In this document: in pieces, positions 11,731 to 21,919 of the stretch
Numbering within the stretch: position 1 is the stretch's first letter
Layout of the letters: each line of letters starts with the position of its first letter
Assembly (NCBI GenBank): GCA_010909165.1
Contig: MU008152.1
Span: 248,001 to 312,000 of the forward strand
Direction: 5' to 3'
DNA: 64,000 nt
Source of the DNA: Anthoceros angustus
Lineage: Eukaryota > Plantae > Anthocerotophyta
The notes under the pieces: generated by a model
Database searches by the model: none
What the model was told of the DNA's origin: nothing
Seen by the model: only the letters and a program-made list of their open reading frames with translations
Position numbers and translations under genes: made by a program

Positions 11731-12320
11731 TATAGCCTGCACACCTCAAGTCCGCCATGATCAAGGACGCCCACAAACCAAGGCCAAAATGGTCGTTCCG
11801 CTTCCAGAGCATGCATCAAGCACCTACTCCCTTCCTTGAAAATGTCTTTATGAGTTTCATCATAAGGCCTGTGAGGCCTTGGCAATGCATACCACCTTGT
11901 CGTTAGAGAGGTAAACCTGCTTTTTCACCACAGTGTCGTATGCTATGACCGACCTCCCATTGTTAAACATTCCATCCATGGCATTCGGCATCATCGTGGC
12001 CCTATCCTTGGAACACCCGTCCTTCACACACCACCCTACAGTCACGTACTCCACGATTTCAAACCCTCCTTTGTCATTGCTCATGTTTGTCTTGTCCCAT
12101 ACAAATGAAACCATGCCTCCTTTCCTGCACAACTTCCTCATAGACTCTCTCACAGTATGAGCTTCCTCCACACCATGCATAACGATAATCCGATATTCTT
12201 CGCATGTAGTTTTCTCTTGAAAGCTCTGGAACACTGTATTCATACTTGTGATGTCCATCCTTTTGTCCATAGATACTATATCAAAACCTCGGAGGACATC
12301 CATGATCAACAGGGCATAGT
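11730..12320 (-). pseudogene. Beta-class N4-cytosine/N6-adenine DNA methyltransferase domain (N6_N4_Mtase-like), disrupted
   Basis: Across two frameshifts: ...SFVWDKTN...EIVEYVTVGW...GLMMKLIKTFSRKG / E*VLDACSGSGTTILALVCGR (motif I at 11791-11823). Matches the beta-class pattern W.K...E.i...KP..L...LI..S..G..VLDPF.GSGTT..A...GR. The motif IV candidate YALLIMDVLRG (12283-12318) is degenerate. Confidence 0.72.
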
Positions 12321-12427
12321 TTCGTCCTCTGGCGCACGAGGTAAGCACTTGAATTCATATAAGCACTTCCTCGATCAACAACCAAGCAAACAAATCTAAT
12401 ACGCATCTAGATATATAGGTGCAACCA

Positions 12428-12794
12428 ATAACAACAGGAGGGTAGCTCGCACGCCGTGGCACAAACACACTCTCCCCACGAACAACACGCAAATTCCTCA
12501 CACATCGCCTCCTGAGTCACAGCTTTGGCCTCACAACGCTCTTGCATTGCATCAGAGGACAAGCTATGATCCGAGCTTGTCTCACCGGGGTCTATACTGC
12601 ACTGCATCGGCATATTCCTAAGATATCCTATTGGCATCAAGATATGCCGAAATATCCCAAGAATACACTATAATATGCAATATGCCAAATCATATTACTG
12701 AGCTTATCCACTTAGCTATTGTATCCCAAGAATACACTATATTACGCTAATATGCCAAAGCATATTAAACCCAAGTGCGTAGATTAGTATCACA
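12428..12794 (-). repeat. 3' LTR-like repeat of the DNMT-gypsy
   Basis: ATAACAACAGGAGG...GATTAGTATCACA is shared with 17196-17759. Confidence 0.75.
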
Positions 12795-12959
12795 TCAAGA
12801 TGACAAATTACGAGCACTTGGTAATTCATATATAAGCACTTCCTCGATCAACAACCAAGCAAACAAATCTAATAGATCTAGATATATAGGTGCAACCATC
12901 CTCGATAATGTGAGACTCTAAGTCAAAACATTATCATTAGTAGACCACAATACGCACCT

Positions 12960-13250
12960 CATGCGCATTGTGCACAAAACCAATCTTCTTCGGAATGTCG
13001 TCGAGGTTATGAACCTTGTCCATGAGTGGAGGGTTGTTCACCATCCTCATGCTCGTCATGTGGACTACTCTCCTTGCTCGCCATTTTCTTCTTGCTCATC
13101 GAGCTCGCGCCCGAACACTTGTTCATCCTTGATTAGTTCTATGTGGAACTTCCTTTGGTGTACTTCCCCATCTCCGCAAGCGTGAGCAAACACATGTCGC
13201 GATGCCTCCAACAACTCCTTTAGCCGACGCTGATTGCTCTTCAACTCGAC
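12960..13250 (-). pseudogene. Truncated RT start joined to PHD-finger C-terminus (internal deletion junction)
   Basis: QRRLKELLEASRHVFAH..EMGKYTKG.FHIEL (gypsy RT N-terminus) is followed within ~100 bp by LDDIP(E)EDWFCAQCA* (PHD C-terminus). Confidence 0.6.
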
Positions 13251-13379
13251 GCTAACCACTCACGTGGCTCGATGGCTTGCACGCCTCTACACGCCTCCTT
13301 GCTCCAAACTCGCCTTCTCTTGTTGAGATGCGAGTCGGAATGTCCTTGCCCACCGAACCGCTTCAACCCCGCCTTCTTC

Positions 13380-13930
13380 CGGTTTCAAGTTGGTAAGCGA
13401 CTCAACTGAACAACCGTGTCATCATGTCCATGTCAAATGCTTGCCCAATCGACACGCCCTTCCTGGTCACCCCTGGATCATGCCAAAATCCTCCTGGACT
13501 TGCTTCTTCACGCTCATGCATGCTGGCACATTCTCCAACATGTATCCAAGGCCTTTCTTGCCCTTTACGGATCAAGCGCAAGATCCTCATCGTCATAGAA
13601 CAATGTTGTCGTGGATCCTTCGACCTTGACCCTTTCCCGCAGAGGATAGTCCTTGACACTCCCAACTGCGACAAGGTCCACCGGTTGCCCAAGACAACTC
13701 AAATGGGACAACCCTATCATGCGAACATCCATCGGCAGCGCCTCCGGTAACCCTTCACCGACCCCACGAGGTTAGGTACTCCCCATCAAGTCTCTTACGC
13801 GCTTCTGCGACACAATCCTTGCTTTTGGATCCGGGTCACAATGCACGTATCTTCGCACTTTGATGCCACACTTTAGCACCGCCTCTTGCCGATGCCTCCA
13901 AAGAGTTCCACGAGCACTATGCCGCCTTCC
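13380..13930 (-). pseudogene. C5-cytosine DNA methyltransferase domain within gypsy pol
   Basis: Motif I VLVELFGGIG (13888-13917), then AVLKCGIKVRRYVHCDPD, motif IV VDLV..WECQGLSSAGKGQG (WECQG at 13650-13664), and motif VI GYMLENVP (13524-13544), in the correct order and spacing despite frameshifts. Confidence 0.85.
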
Positions 13931-14211
13931 CGAGGTCGCCATGTGATGACCTGGGTGTTTAGGTCACAAACAGGCTCAACCCTAGGCAAGAACTTACAGT
14001 AGTTCTCCGGCTCATAGGACACTGGTCCTCTTGCACCATCCTCCATGCTTTTGCACGGCTCATTGCAGCCACCAGCTTCCGAGTGACTTGAAGAACCTCC
14101 TCCGAGGGTGGTTGCAACCCTAGCTTGTTTTCCTCCTCCTCGCCGAAATCCTCCATCGGGCCATTGTTAGACACACGCCAAGAGGTTCAAGCACGTATGG
14201 CGTGTCCTTCA

Positions 14212-16361
14212 CTACGGCGCCAAACACGGGTAGACGCTGCTGGCAATGAGGTTCTCATGATCCTTGCCATGCATGCAGAGGGATGCAATCTCATGCTTTT
14301 GCTCCTTCTCCACCTGGTCGATAGTAGACTCCGTCCACAAATCCACCATGACTGTGTTGTACAAAGCCCGCCTCAAAGAAGACATCAAATGTGTCGCATC
14401 GACCAAGCGTGTACCTCGACAAAGGTGAAGTCTGCTGTTCTTGGTTTGAATGAAACCTTCAGCTTGTACCTTGTCACCCCAACACATGCTCCGTGGTCCC
14501 AGCCGGATCTTCCACTTGGTTTCCTTCAACCTTTCTTGGTGGAGACCCAACGCTTCCTTCACTCTTCTTCCAACGATCACCGGCTGCTCCGGTGTCAATC
14601 AACACCCTCCTTGGTGCGAATCCATTGATTTCAATGTGCCTCTCCCGATTGTTGACCAAAGCCACTCCCACTGCGCAGATTCCGCTTCCACGAGATGCTT
14701 TTCGAGGTCAATGACATCATTGCCACTGTTGTGGCACATTGTCGACACTTGCTTCGTCTTCAAGGGTTGTCAACATCCGCCGAGTCAAACCCCCGACTTC
14801 CTTCACGCTCAACCCCATGTCTTGTAGGTCAAACATGGCATCTCCGAAGCTTTTGTGCCATCGTCTCACAAGAATCTGCATGGGTTTCTCCACATCGCCC
14901 ACTGGACTTTGATGTTGCTCAGCTGTTCTGCTGGCAATGGCTCAAACGACTTTGGCATCTTGGCATAGGTTCGGGAAGAGGATCCAAGCTTCCTTCCGTG
15001 TCTTCCGTGACCGTGTCAAGACATCCTCTTCTTCCTCTGAGCTATCTTCTCTCGTAGCCGAGGTTTCTTCCTGCCCTTGGATCCGGTCACGCCATGTATC
15101 CAAGCTTGTGCTCATCTTCTTCGTCCTCGATGATGAACTGCTTCCTCCTTGATCTTCGCCTTCCGCACCAACTTCTCAGCTTTGCAAGGCGTGCCACGTA
15201 GCTGTCCATCGCCTTCTTTGATGCTTCCGCTTTTGTCCACGGGACTTCGCCTGCCTCCTCCACGGCCTTTGCTCTTCGCTGATTTTGTGGATGAGGTTGA
15301 CGCAGATGCATTGGCCGGGTTGCTGCTCGATAACCCGTAGGCCGCAATTCGGATGCTTCTCCAACATGCCGCTTCATTGTGCCTGCATCCTCCACACCTA
15401 GGGCATGGCTCCTCACCCTTGACTCCTCCGAATGCATGCTCGCACTCATGAGGGGAATGGTCCGCCCTCGGCACCTCACGCAGGGCTCGTCACTTGTGGG
15501 CGGCTTGTCTCGAGCTCCTCCACTCGACCTCCGCTCGGTCATGTCGTCCACCACTCCTACTTGTGCCGGAGTAATCACTTGCACAAAGACGAGAGAAAGT
15601 GTCGGCCGGGCCCTATCTTGTCGCCCATCTCGTACACTTCCTTGAGGTGTAGTGTTGCCCTTCGTTGTGCACCGCTTGTTGCACCTTCATGCGCAGGTAT
15701 ATGGCAATGCCTGCAAGTACTTCTCGCAGCCTCACCTCATGATCTTGGTGTCACGTATCAACCGGTCGATTCTTGATAAGCCATCTTCAGCCTCGACTTC
15801 ATCTTGAAGTGTGTCACCGGAGATCTTCTCATCCGTGCAGAAACTCCCGAAGATGTCAAACATCTCTTCGATGGGATCGTGCCCACTGCCACCGCTCCGT
15901 CTGCACCGGTTCCTTCGAGCTTGAACGCTACTCACTGGTCCTCCGTGCCTCAAACCTTTTGTGCTCGCGATAGCACGCCAATGCTTCATCCCCAAGTACT
16001 TGGCATTTGGATGAAGCCGTATCGCTGTATCCGGTCTTCAATTCCATCTCCGCACACACCGCACTTCTCGATGAAGTCCTCCGTGGCAAGGTGCCCGCCG
16101 TCCTGTGAACAACTCCATTCGATCCTTGTCTCCTCCCATCTTGACGACTCCAAGAGACAAGTCCTCCTCATTGCCGCTCACCGAGTTGTCCGGCACTAAC
16201 GTGTCTTGTGTGTGCCACTCACGATCCTTCAAAGATTGTTGATTGTGTCGGGTTCCTCCCTTTGGTACCAAAATCGAGGTTCGCACTTCTCCTCTTGGTC
16301 GGGACTTGAATTCGCCTCGGACTTGCTTGGTAGCTCCGTCCGGATCGAGTGTGTCCAGCAT
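14212..16361 (-). pseudogene. gag: Gypsy gag and aspartic protease
   Basis: CX2CX4HX4C knuckle CPRCGGCRHNEAAC (15364-15405); protease VLIDTGA (14585-14605); ATG at 16361. Confidence 0.8.
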
Positions 16362-16527
16362 GCACTCCAGGCGGTTAGTGGCTAGATCAAACCCTTAATC
16401 AAGGTTAACACACCCGCTATCTTAGATCGTGATTAGTGAAACCTCTAAGTATCTATGCATGTTAAAATCAACATACAAATTATGCACTCAAAAATGTGAG
16501 CTGGGTGAGTTGGATAGCAAAGGCATA

Positions 16528-16585
16528 GGAACTCCAGAGTTAAGCACCCGTGGGTGGATCAGTACCTGGATGGGGTGCTAACTAG
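16528..16585 (+). other. 5S rRNA-like internal control region fragment (box A / IE / box C)
   Basis: GGAACTCCAGAGTTAAGCACCCGTGGGTGGATCAGTACCTGGATGGGGTGC resembles plant 5S AGAACTCCGCAGTTAAGCGTGCTTGGGCGAGAGTAGTACTAGGATGGGTGAC. The flanks are not 5S. Confidence 0.5.
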
Positions 16586-16739
16586 GAGTTTTGGACAGAA
16601 AGTGAAATCAAATGGACGATGACATACCCATGTCTATCCGCTTCCCCTTATCCCTTGAATCCGGGCCCAAGAGTAAAATACTCTTGTTTCTCCCTTGGTT
16701 GGCCAAAGGCCAGCCCCTGTGGAGGCCTCATTCCTCTCC

Positions 16740-17010
16740 TTGGTAGGGGCTTCTGCCTCCTCTTGGCCTTGACTTGGGCCTCCTCTCCTTGGCCTTGGAC
16801 TTGGGCTTCGCCTCCTCTCCTTGGCCTTGGGCTTGGGCTTCTTCTCCTCCTTGGCCTTGGACTTGGCTCTTCCGCTCCTCTTCGCCTTGGCCTTGGACTG
16901 GGCTCGCCTCCTGGCCTTGGACTTGGGCTTCTGCCTCCTCTCCTTGGCCTTGGGCTTGAGCTTCTCCTCTCCTTCGCCTTGGGCTTGGTCCTCCTCTGGC
17001 CTCAAGCCTT
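16740..17010. repeat. Degenerate CCTTGG/CTTGGG tandem repeat (Lys/Ala-rich reading on the minus strand)
   Basis: Repeated CTCCTTGGCCTTGGACTTGGGC units. Minus frame reads KPKAKERRQKPKSKARRRAQSKAKAK. Confidence 0.7.
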
Positions 17011-17054
17011 GGGCACACTGAGAGTCCCTTGCCTACTTGCTTAAAGAGCGAGCT

Positions 17055-17165
17055 CGCCTAGCAGCCTAGCGCCTAGCATCGCCTAGCACCCTAGCATCGC
17101 CGCACGCCTAGCATCGCCTAGCATCGCAGCCCAGCATCGCCTAGCACCAGCATCACACACCAAGC
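17055..17165. repeat. GCCTAGCATC minisatellite
   Basis: About ten degenerate GCCTAGCA(TC) units. Confidence 0.8.
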
Positions 17166-17195
17166 CTAGTACGGCCTCTAGTGACACACGAGATC

Positions 17196-17759
17196 ATAAC
17201 AACAGGAGGGAGTAGCTCGCACGCGTGGCACAAACACACTCTCCCACGAGAACAACACGCAAATTCCTCACATCGCTGAGTCATAGCTTTGGCCTCCTCA
17301 CAACGCCTTGCATTGATATCTAGAGGACAAGCTATGATCCGAGCTTGTCCTCAATGGAAGGGTCTATATATACTAGACCATCGGCATATTCCTAAGATAT
17401 CCTATTGGCAAGATATGCAAATATCCTAAGAATACACTATAATATGCAAGGAATATGCCAAAGCATATTACTTGAGCTTATCCACTTAGCTATTGTATCC
17501 TAAGAATACACTATAATATGCAAGGAATATGCCAAAGCATATTACTTGAGCTTATCCACTTAGCTATTGCTAACCATGTTTAATTAACACTAATCAATGC
17601 TTAATTAACATAAGCACATTAGATTAATTAACACTAATCAATGCTTAATTAACATAAGCACTTTAGATTAATTAACACTAATTACTTACTTAAAGATAAG
17701 TAATTAGATTAATTAATGCTAATCAAACACTAAACCCAAGTGCAGAGATTAGTATCACA
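17196..17759 (-). repeat. 5' LTR-like repeat of the DNMT-gypsy, with internal tandem duplications
   Basis: Matches 12428-12794. Additionally contains a ~73-bp duplication (~17425-17570) and AT-rich TTAATTAACACTAATCAATGC units (~17580-17735). Confidence 0.75.
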
Positions 17760-19255
17760 CGGCATGACACCTCTCAAATAACCCCGCATATCCAGTACAT
17801 TTCGTTTCTCGATCTAGTACTGAACCTGTTTATCTGTTTCTGGGACAGTGAATACGAAAAGCCTGGCTTCCAGATCTTTGTCGGCCAAATCTCTTTGCTC
17901 ATTCTCAAGACCCTTCCAATTGTTCACTTCGAATATAAAATGTTGGAAATCCTATGGTAGTTTTGTGAGGTTGTCTACATCCTTGATTAGTTGCCAAAAG
18001 TGACACAAGAAGGGAATTAAACGACGTCCCATGGTGGAGCGGGCGCCGGCCAGCGCCTTACTCTCCTTGTTGAGAAAGGCGTGTGGTTATGTGGCCAGGC
18101 GCCCATTCCGTGTCTCGGCTCAATGGAATGAGAGGCCGCCGTGCCGCCCTCCCCCACCTACCACTCCGATTGCAAACATTGCATTACAAGTAGGAAAACA
18201 CAAAGCACAACCGACACCCCTGCTACCTTTCCCCGCTGAATTGAGTCCGAACCGAGCTAGCATTTTGTCGCTGGGTGATGTGGATATTCTGGCGGACTTC
18301 CTCGAACGATGAGCATCCCAAGTGTTTGGCCATAGCAACTTGGATGACATGGAATTTCTTTCGCAAGGTTATGTCGTCATCCATCCCTTTCAAATCTATT
18401 AGGCCTGCCAGAACCTTCTCCGTAGCGGATATGAGAATCTGCTGACCACAATCATCTGCTAGAATACCTTGAAACGACTTCCATGGCTTCGCCAACATGT
18501 CCTTCGGCTTCACATATGTTGCATCCACTTTCTTCGACTCTTCAGTCACCTTCCGTTTCCCTTTTCCCTTCTTGTTTGTGCCCACTGCGCTGTGCCTCTT
18601 CTGCTCTGGCATCACCAGCTTCCCACTTTGAGAAGATCTTGTCTATATTCTCCCACACTTTGCCCTCCTGCTTCGCTATGCATAAGATATGAGTCCTGTT
18701 GTCCACCTTGTTTTGTTTGTACACATCGTCGTTACGGGCCTCATCATCCTCAATAAGTCCCAGAACCTTGTACAAGTTGAATTTCCATGTCATCGTCATT
18801 TGTACCCCTTCGCGTTTCGCAATCAATAGTTCATCCCTGAGGTACTTGACTTGCTCTATAAAAGACATCTTCCTCCGCTTGTCCGACATAATGTTGTGAT
18901 CGGTGGCGAGTACTCTCATCTCCTGCACAGTGAGGCCACAGTACACATGTGCCTCCACATATTGGAAGCGTTTTTTCCCAGGTGAGATGTCTGCCAAATG
19001 TTTCATGGTTGCATATGTGTGGTTCCCACCCAGGACACCCATGACATATGACTTTGCCCTGAATTTCTTCGAGTCCAGGCTGGCGAGCTCAAGGCATTCC
19101 ATCGGATCAATCATGCACGGCAGGGGTAAAACTCCTTCTTCAATTCTTCCTTTCGATATCACCCGTGCCAAATAGTTTGTCCATGCTTCGTCCACCCTTC
19201 TTATTTGAGCATCAGGTGTTAGGTGCGACGCAGGTCGTAAATTCTCCAACTTCAC
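17760..19255 (-). pseudogene. ParB/sulfiredoxin-like domain plus helical linker (N-terminal part of putative ParB-MTase gene)
   Basis: 237-aa ORF with IRRVDEAWTNYLARVISKG...PLPCMID...YVMGVLGGNHTYATM, resembling ParB-N R..d...v..L...i...G...Pi.v...y.viDG.HR..A. Coding-like frames continue through 18615-18223 and 18030-17760 up to the LTR edge. Confidence 0.6.
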
Positions 19256-19520
19256 AAGAACTCCCTGTACAACCTTCTTGGCGAGGCGATTCCCCGATGC
19301 GTGTCCGGGTCCTCATCCCGGAGAAGCGCCTTCCGCCTCTTTTCGTCCCCGACATGAACCGCGGATGTCAAGACACGCCCCTTGCCATGCTTTGCTCTCT
19401 TCCTCTTTTCCCTGCTCTAGTTCTTCGCCACGCCCGCGAACGCGACCACTAGGATCCGTGGACGCACTCCGCTTCCCAAGACACCGCTGCTGGAGGGCGC
19501 TGCCGCCGGCGCCTCCGCCC

Positions 19521-20697
19521 TCATCTCGCTCGGTTGTAGGCCAGCCTCACTTCGAGCCCTGCCGAGAAGCCGAGGCCGGGCGCCGCCGGCCGCGCCCAAC
19601 CCATCTGGCATTTGGGAATCTGGACAAACAGCTGATTCGTGTCACCATGTCTGGACACCTCTTCTTTTGAGGGCGCCCGGCCGCCCGATCCCGATTGAGG
19701 ATCATACCGGCCGGGACCTCCATGGATTGCCTGCATATTGTAGTCAACATGATATCTGTGCATCCCTTTGCTCGCCTGCATAAGACTCTCCAAATCATCA
19801 TCCGACCAAGAACATCCGGAATCGCCCATCATCCTCATCTTGGACCCAATTCACTCCCTTCAGGGGGGTGCTTCCTCAAGCTCTTGGTGGTGAGCGGTAC
19901 TGCCTCACATAACCTCCTCCTGTGCTCAAAGACAGATCGTGTAACCTCCGCAACGTAATGGAAAGCTCTTCCTACTTGGGCAAAAAACAAAACAAGATTA
20001 GACAAAAGGGTTATGAACATTGCTTCCAGGAAGATGAACACATTGTATTCGCTAAAATCCAAAACCTTACCGTTTGCTCGCCCGCAATCTCGAAACAATT
20101 GAACCAGATGGCTCACATTTCTTTATGACAAGACCATTGAAGCTCACGTGAAAAGTCTTGTACATGTCCACCTCGGCAATGTATCGAACTCGTGCTTGTG
20201 ACACACGATGTGGCCTTCTGTTCTCCTCTTGACATATCCAAGGTTGCCCAAATAACCAACCCGCTGGCTCTTTGATTTGGCATGGCATGCTTACCCCATA
20301 ACCCACATTGTATAAGCGGCCCATAATGGCCATCATTTCCTCGATTCTTCCTCCCGCACCAAAGATCCAACTTTTCCACAACCACAATTGGCTGAAGCTG
20401 CCTGTAAATACGCTTGATGTGCATTGTATCTTCATAGCTATAAGGAGATTGATAGGAGCAGTGCATTTTTTCTTCGCGTGCCAACCCGCTCACCTCCGCC
20501 ATCTCCTCTCGTCGGCTTGCCTTCCTGCAAGTGTGGCTCACAGAGCGCGTGCCCGCCCATGACCAATTACTCACCTCCTCCTGATTGTCCGGGCGCGCAA
20601 CCGCAGGAGCGGAATTGAGGGCCGTACTTGCCCGACTAGCCCTCCCCGCCTTATCCTCGCTCTCCGCTTCTTCCTTCTTGGTTTCGCCGCGGATCAC
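19521..20697 (-). pseudogene. Unidentified coding-like region upstream of the ParB-like domain
   Basis: Overlapping same-strand ORFs with globular, W/G-rich composition (FSQLWLWKSWIFGAGGRIEEMMAIMGRLYNVGYG...). No family recognised. Confidence 0.3.
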
Positions 20698-21919
20698 GCC
20701 GCCGCCTCACCCTCTCCTTTCTTGCTCTTCCCATCGCCATTGCCTCTTCCGCCGAATACCGTACCGAGGTCACCAAGAGATGCAAATGGAATAGCGTGTA
20801 CCGGAAAGAGCGAACCTCATCTCCTCACGGCAAAGGATGAAGGAAAGCTTTGAATTCACCGCCGGCTAGGGCGTGGCGCTCCAAAGCACGCCTCCAACCC
20901 AAGGTCGCCGACTTTGAAAACCCGTTTAACTGGAATTCAAACCCCGGATCATTATGTACACCGACTCAATATATTAGGGTTTGCCATGTTCGACATACCA
21001 TGAACCCGTGTACTTAGGGCACAATCATGACGGTCAAACGGTGTATTCCAGATGCTGATATCCGACTCTAGATTTGGCGGTGGGAGGCGGATGCCTTCAA
21101 TGGGCGGCGTTGCAGTCTTGCCGCTCCGGTGTGCATAAGTTGGCGTGATTAACTCTCCGGCTTGAACTCTTGATCGGACGGAAGGAAGGATGAAGCGGTG
21201 GCCGCTTCCCTGTGAGTTCTAAGTCCCTCGGCTGCAATGTTAGAACATGCACACAAATTCCGACGATGAAGTAGGTGCCGATGACTTTGCAAAGTTTGAT
21301 TTTTCTATGGTGGTTGTTTCTCACAGTCGTCGGCAACCATCCTTTCTGCAGTCGCTCCATGAAGAAGGCCAAGACCAATCTCAATATCTCCGAGTTCGAC
21401 GCGAAGGGGACATATGCAGAAGGAGGGACATGTTGAACAACATGGCGGACAGTATAAAGATTCGGACCATTCGCATTCTGTTTTGGGAAGGAGAACCGGC
21501 GGAAATAGGGAACCGCGTTCAACGATCGGACTCATGTGCTTTGACATTGGAAGCAAGCGTTTCACATTGTCGGTAAGGGACTAGTGGAATTGTATTCCTA
21601 AAACGACCTTTGATTGTTTGGGCGTTTGTGACACGGAGAATGCCGCGAATGTGCGAGAACCACAGGGCATTGGTGGGTGTCTCTGACCACGGCACCATCA
21701 CCACTCTTCCATTCCCACAAACTCCTCGCAATCTTAATTTATGCAGCGCCATGGAAGGAAGCCCATACGCGCAAAGGAAGCGCGCATGACAAGAGGAGGC
21801 GGATGTCGAGCATCCAGTCTCCTTTTGCAAGCGGATTGTTCAATGTGGATGATGGAGCCATCTTGCCGCCCGCCCGAGACCAACATATGCGGTGCTAAGA
21901 AGAGAGGACACCACCATGA

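Larger units (their letters stand above)
12428..17759 (-). mobile_element. Internally deleted Ty3/gypsy LTR element carrying a C5-DNA methyltransferase
   Basis: LTR-like direct repeats 17196-17759 and 12428-12794 (minus-strand start TGTGATAC). Internal order: gag with zinc knuckle, aspartic protease, C5-MTase, RT start, PHD end. No clean PBS, PPT or TSD found. Confidence 0.8.

Noticed and set aside
16500-16620. Functional 5S rRNA gene
   Set aside because: Only the ~55-bp internal control region resembles 5S; the 5' and 3' stems are absent.
17425-17735. Possible CRISPR-like array
   Set aside because: Units are directly tandem without unique spacers, lie inside an LTR, and no cas genes are present.
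11730-19255. Prokaryotic restriction-modification or ParAB system, or bacterial contamination
   Set aside because: Embedded among plant LTR elements and intron-containing genes, with no operon structure, cognate nuclease or ParA.
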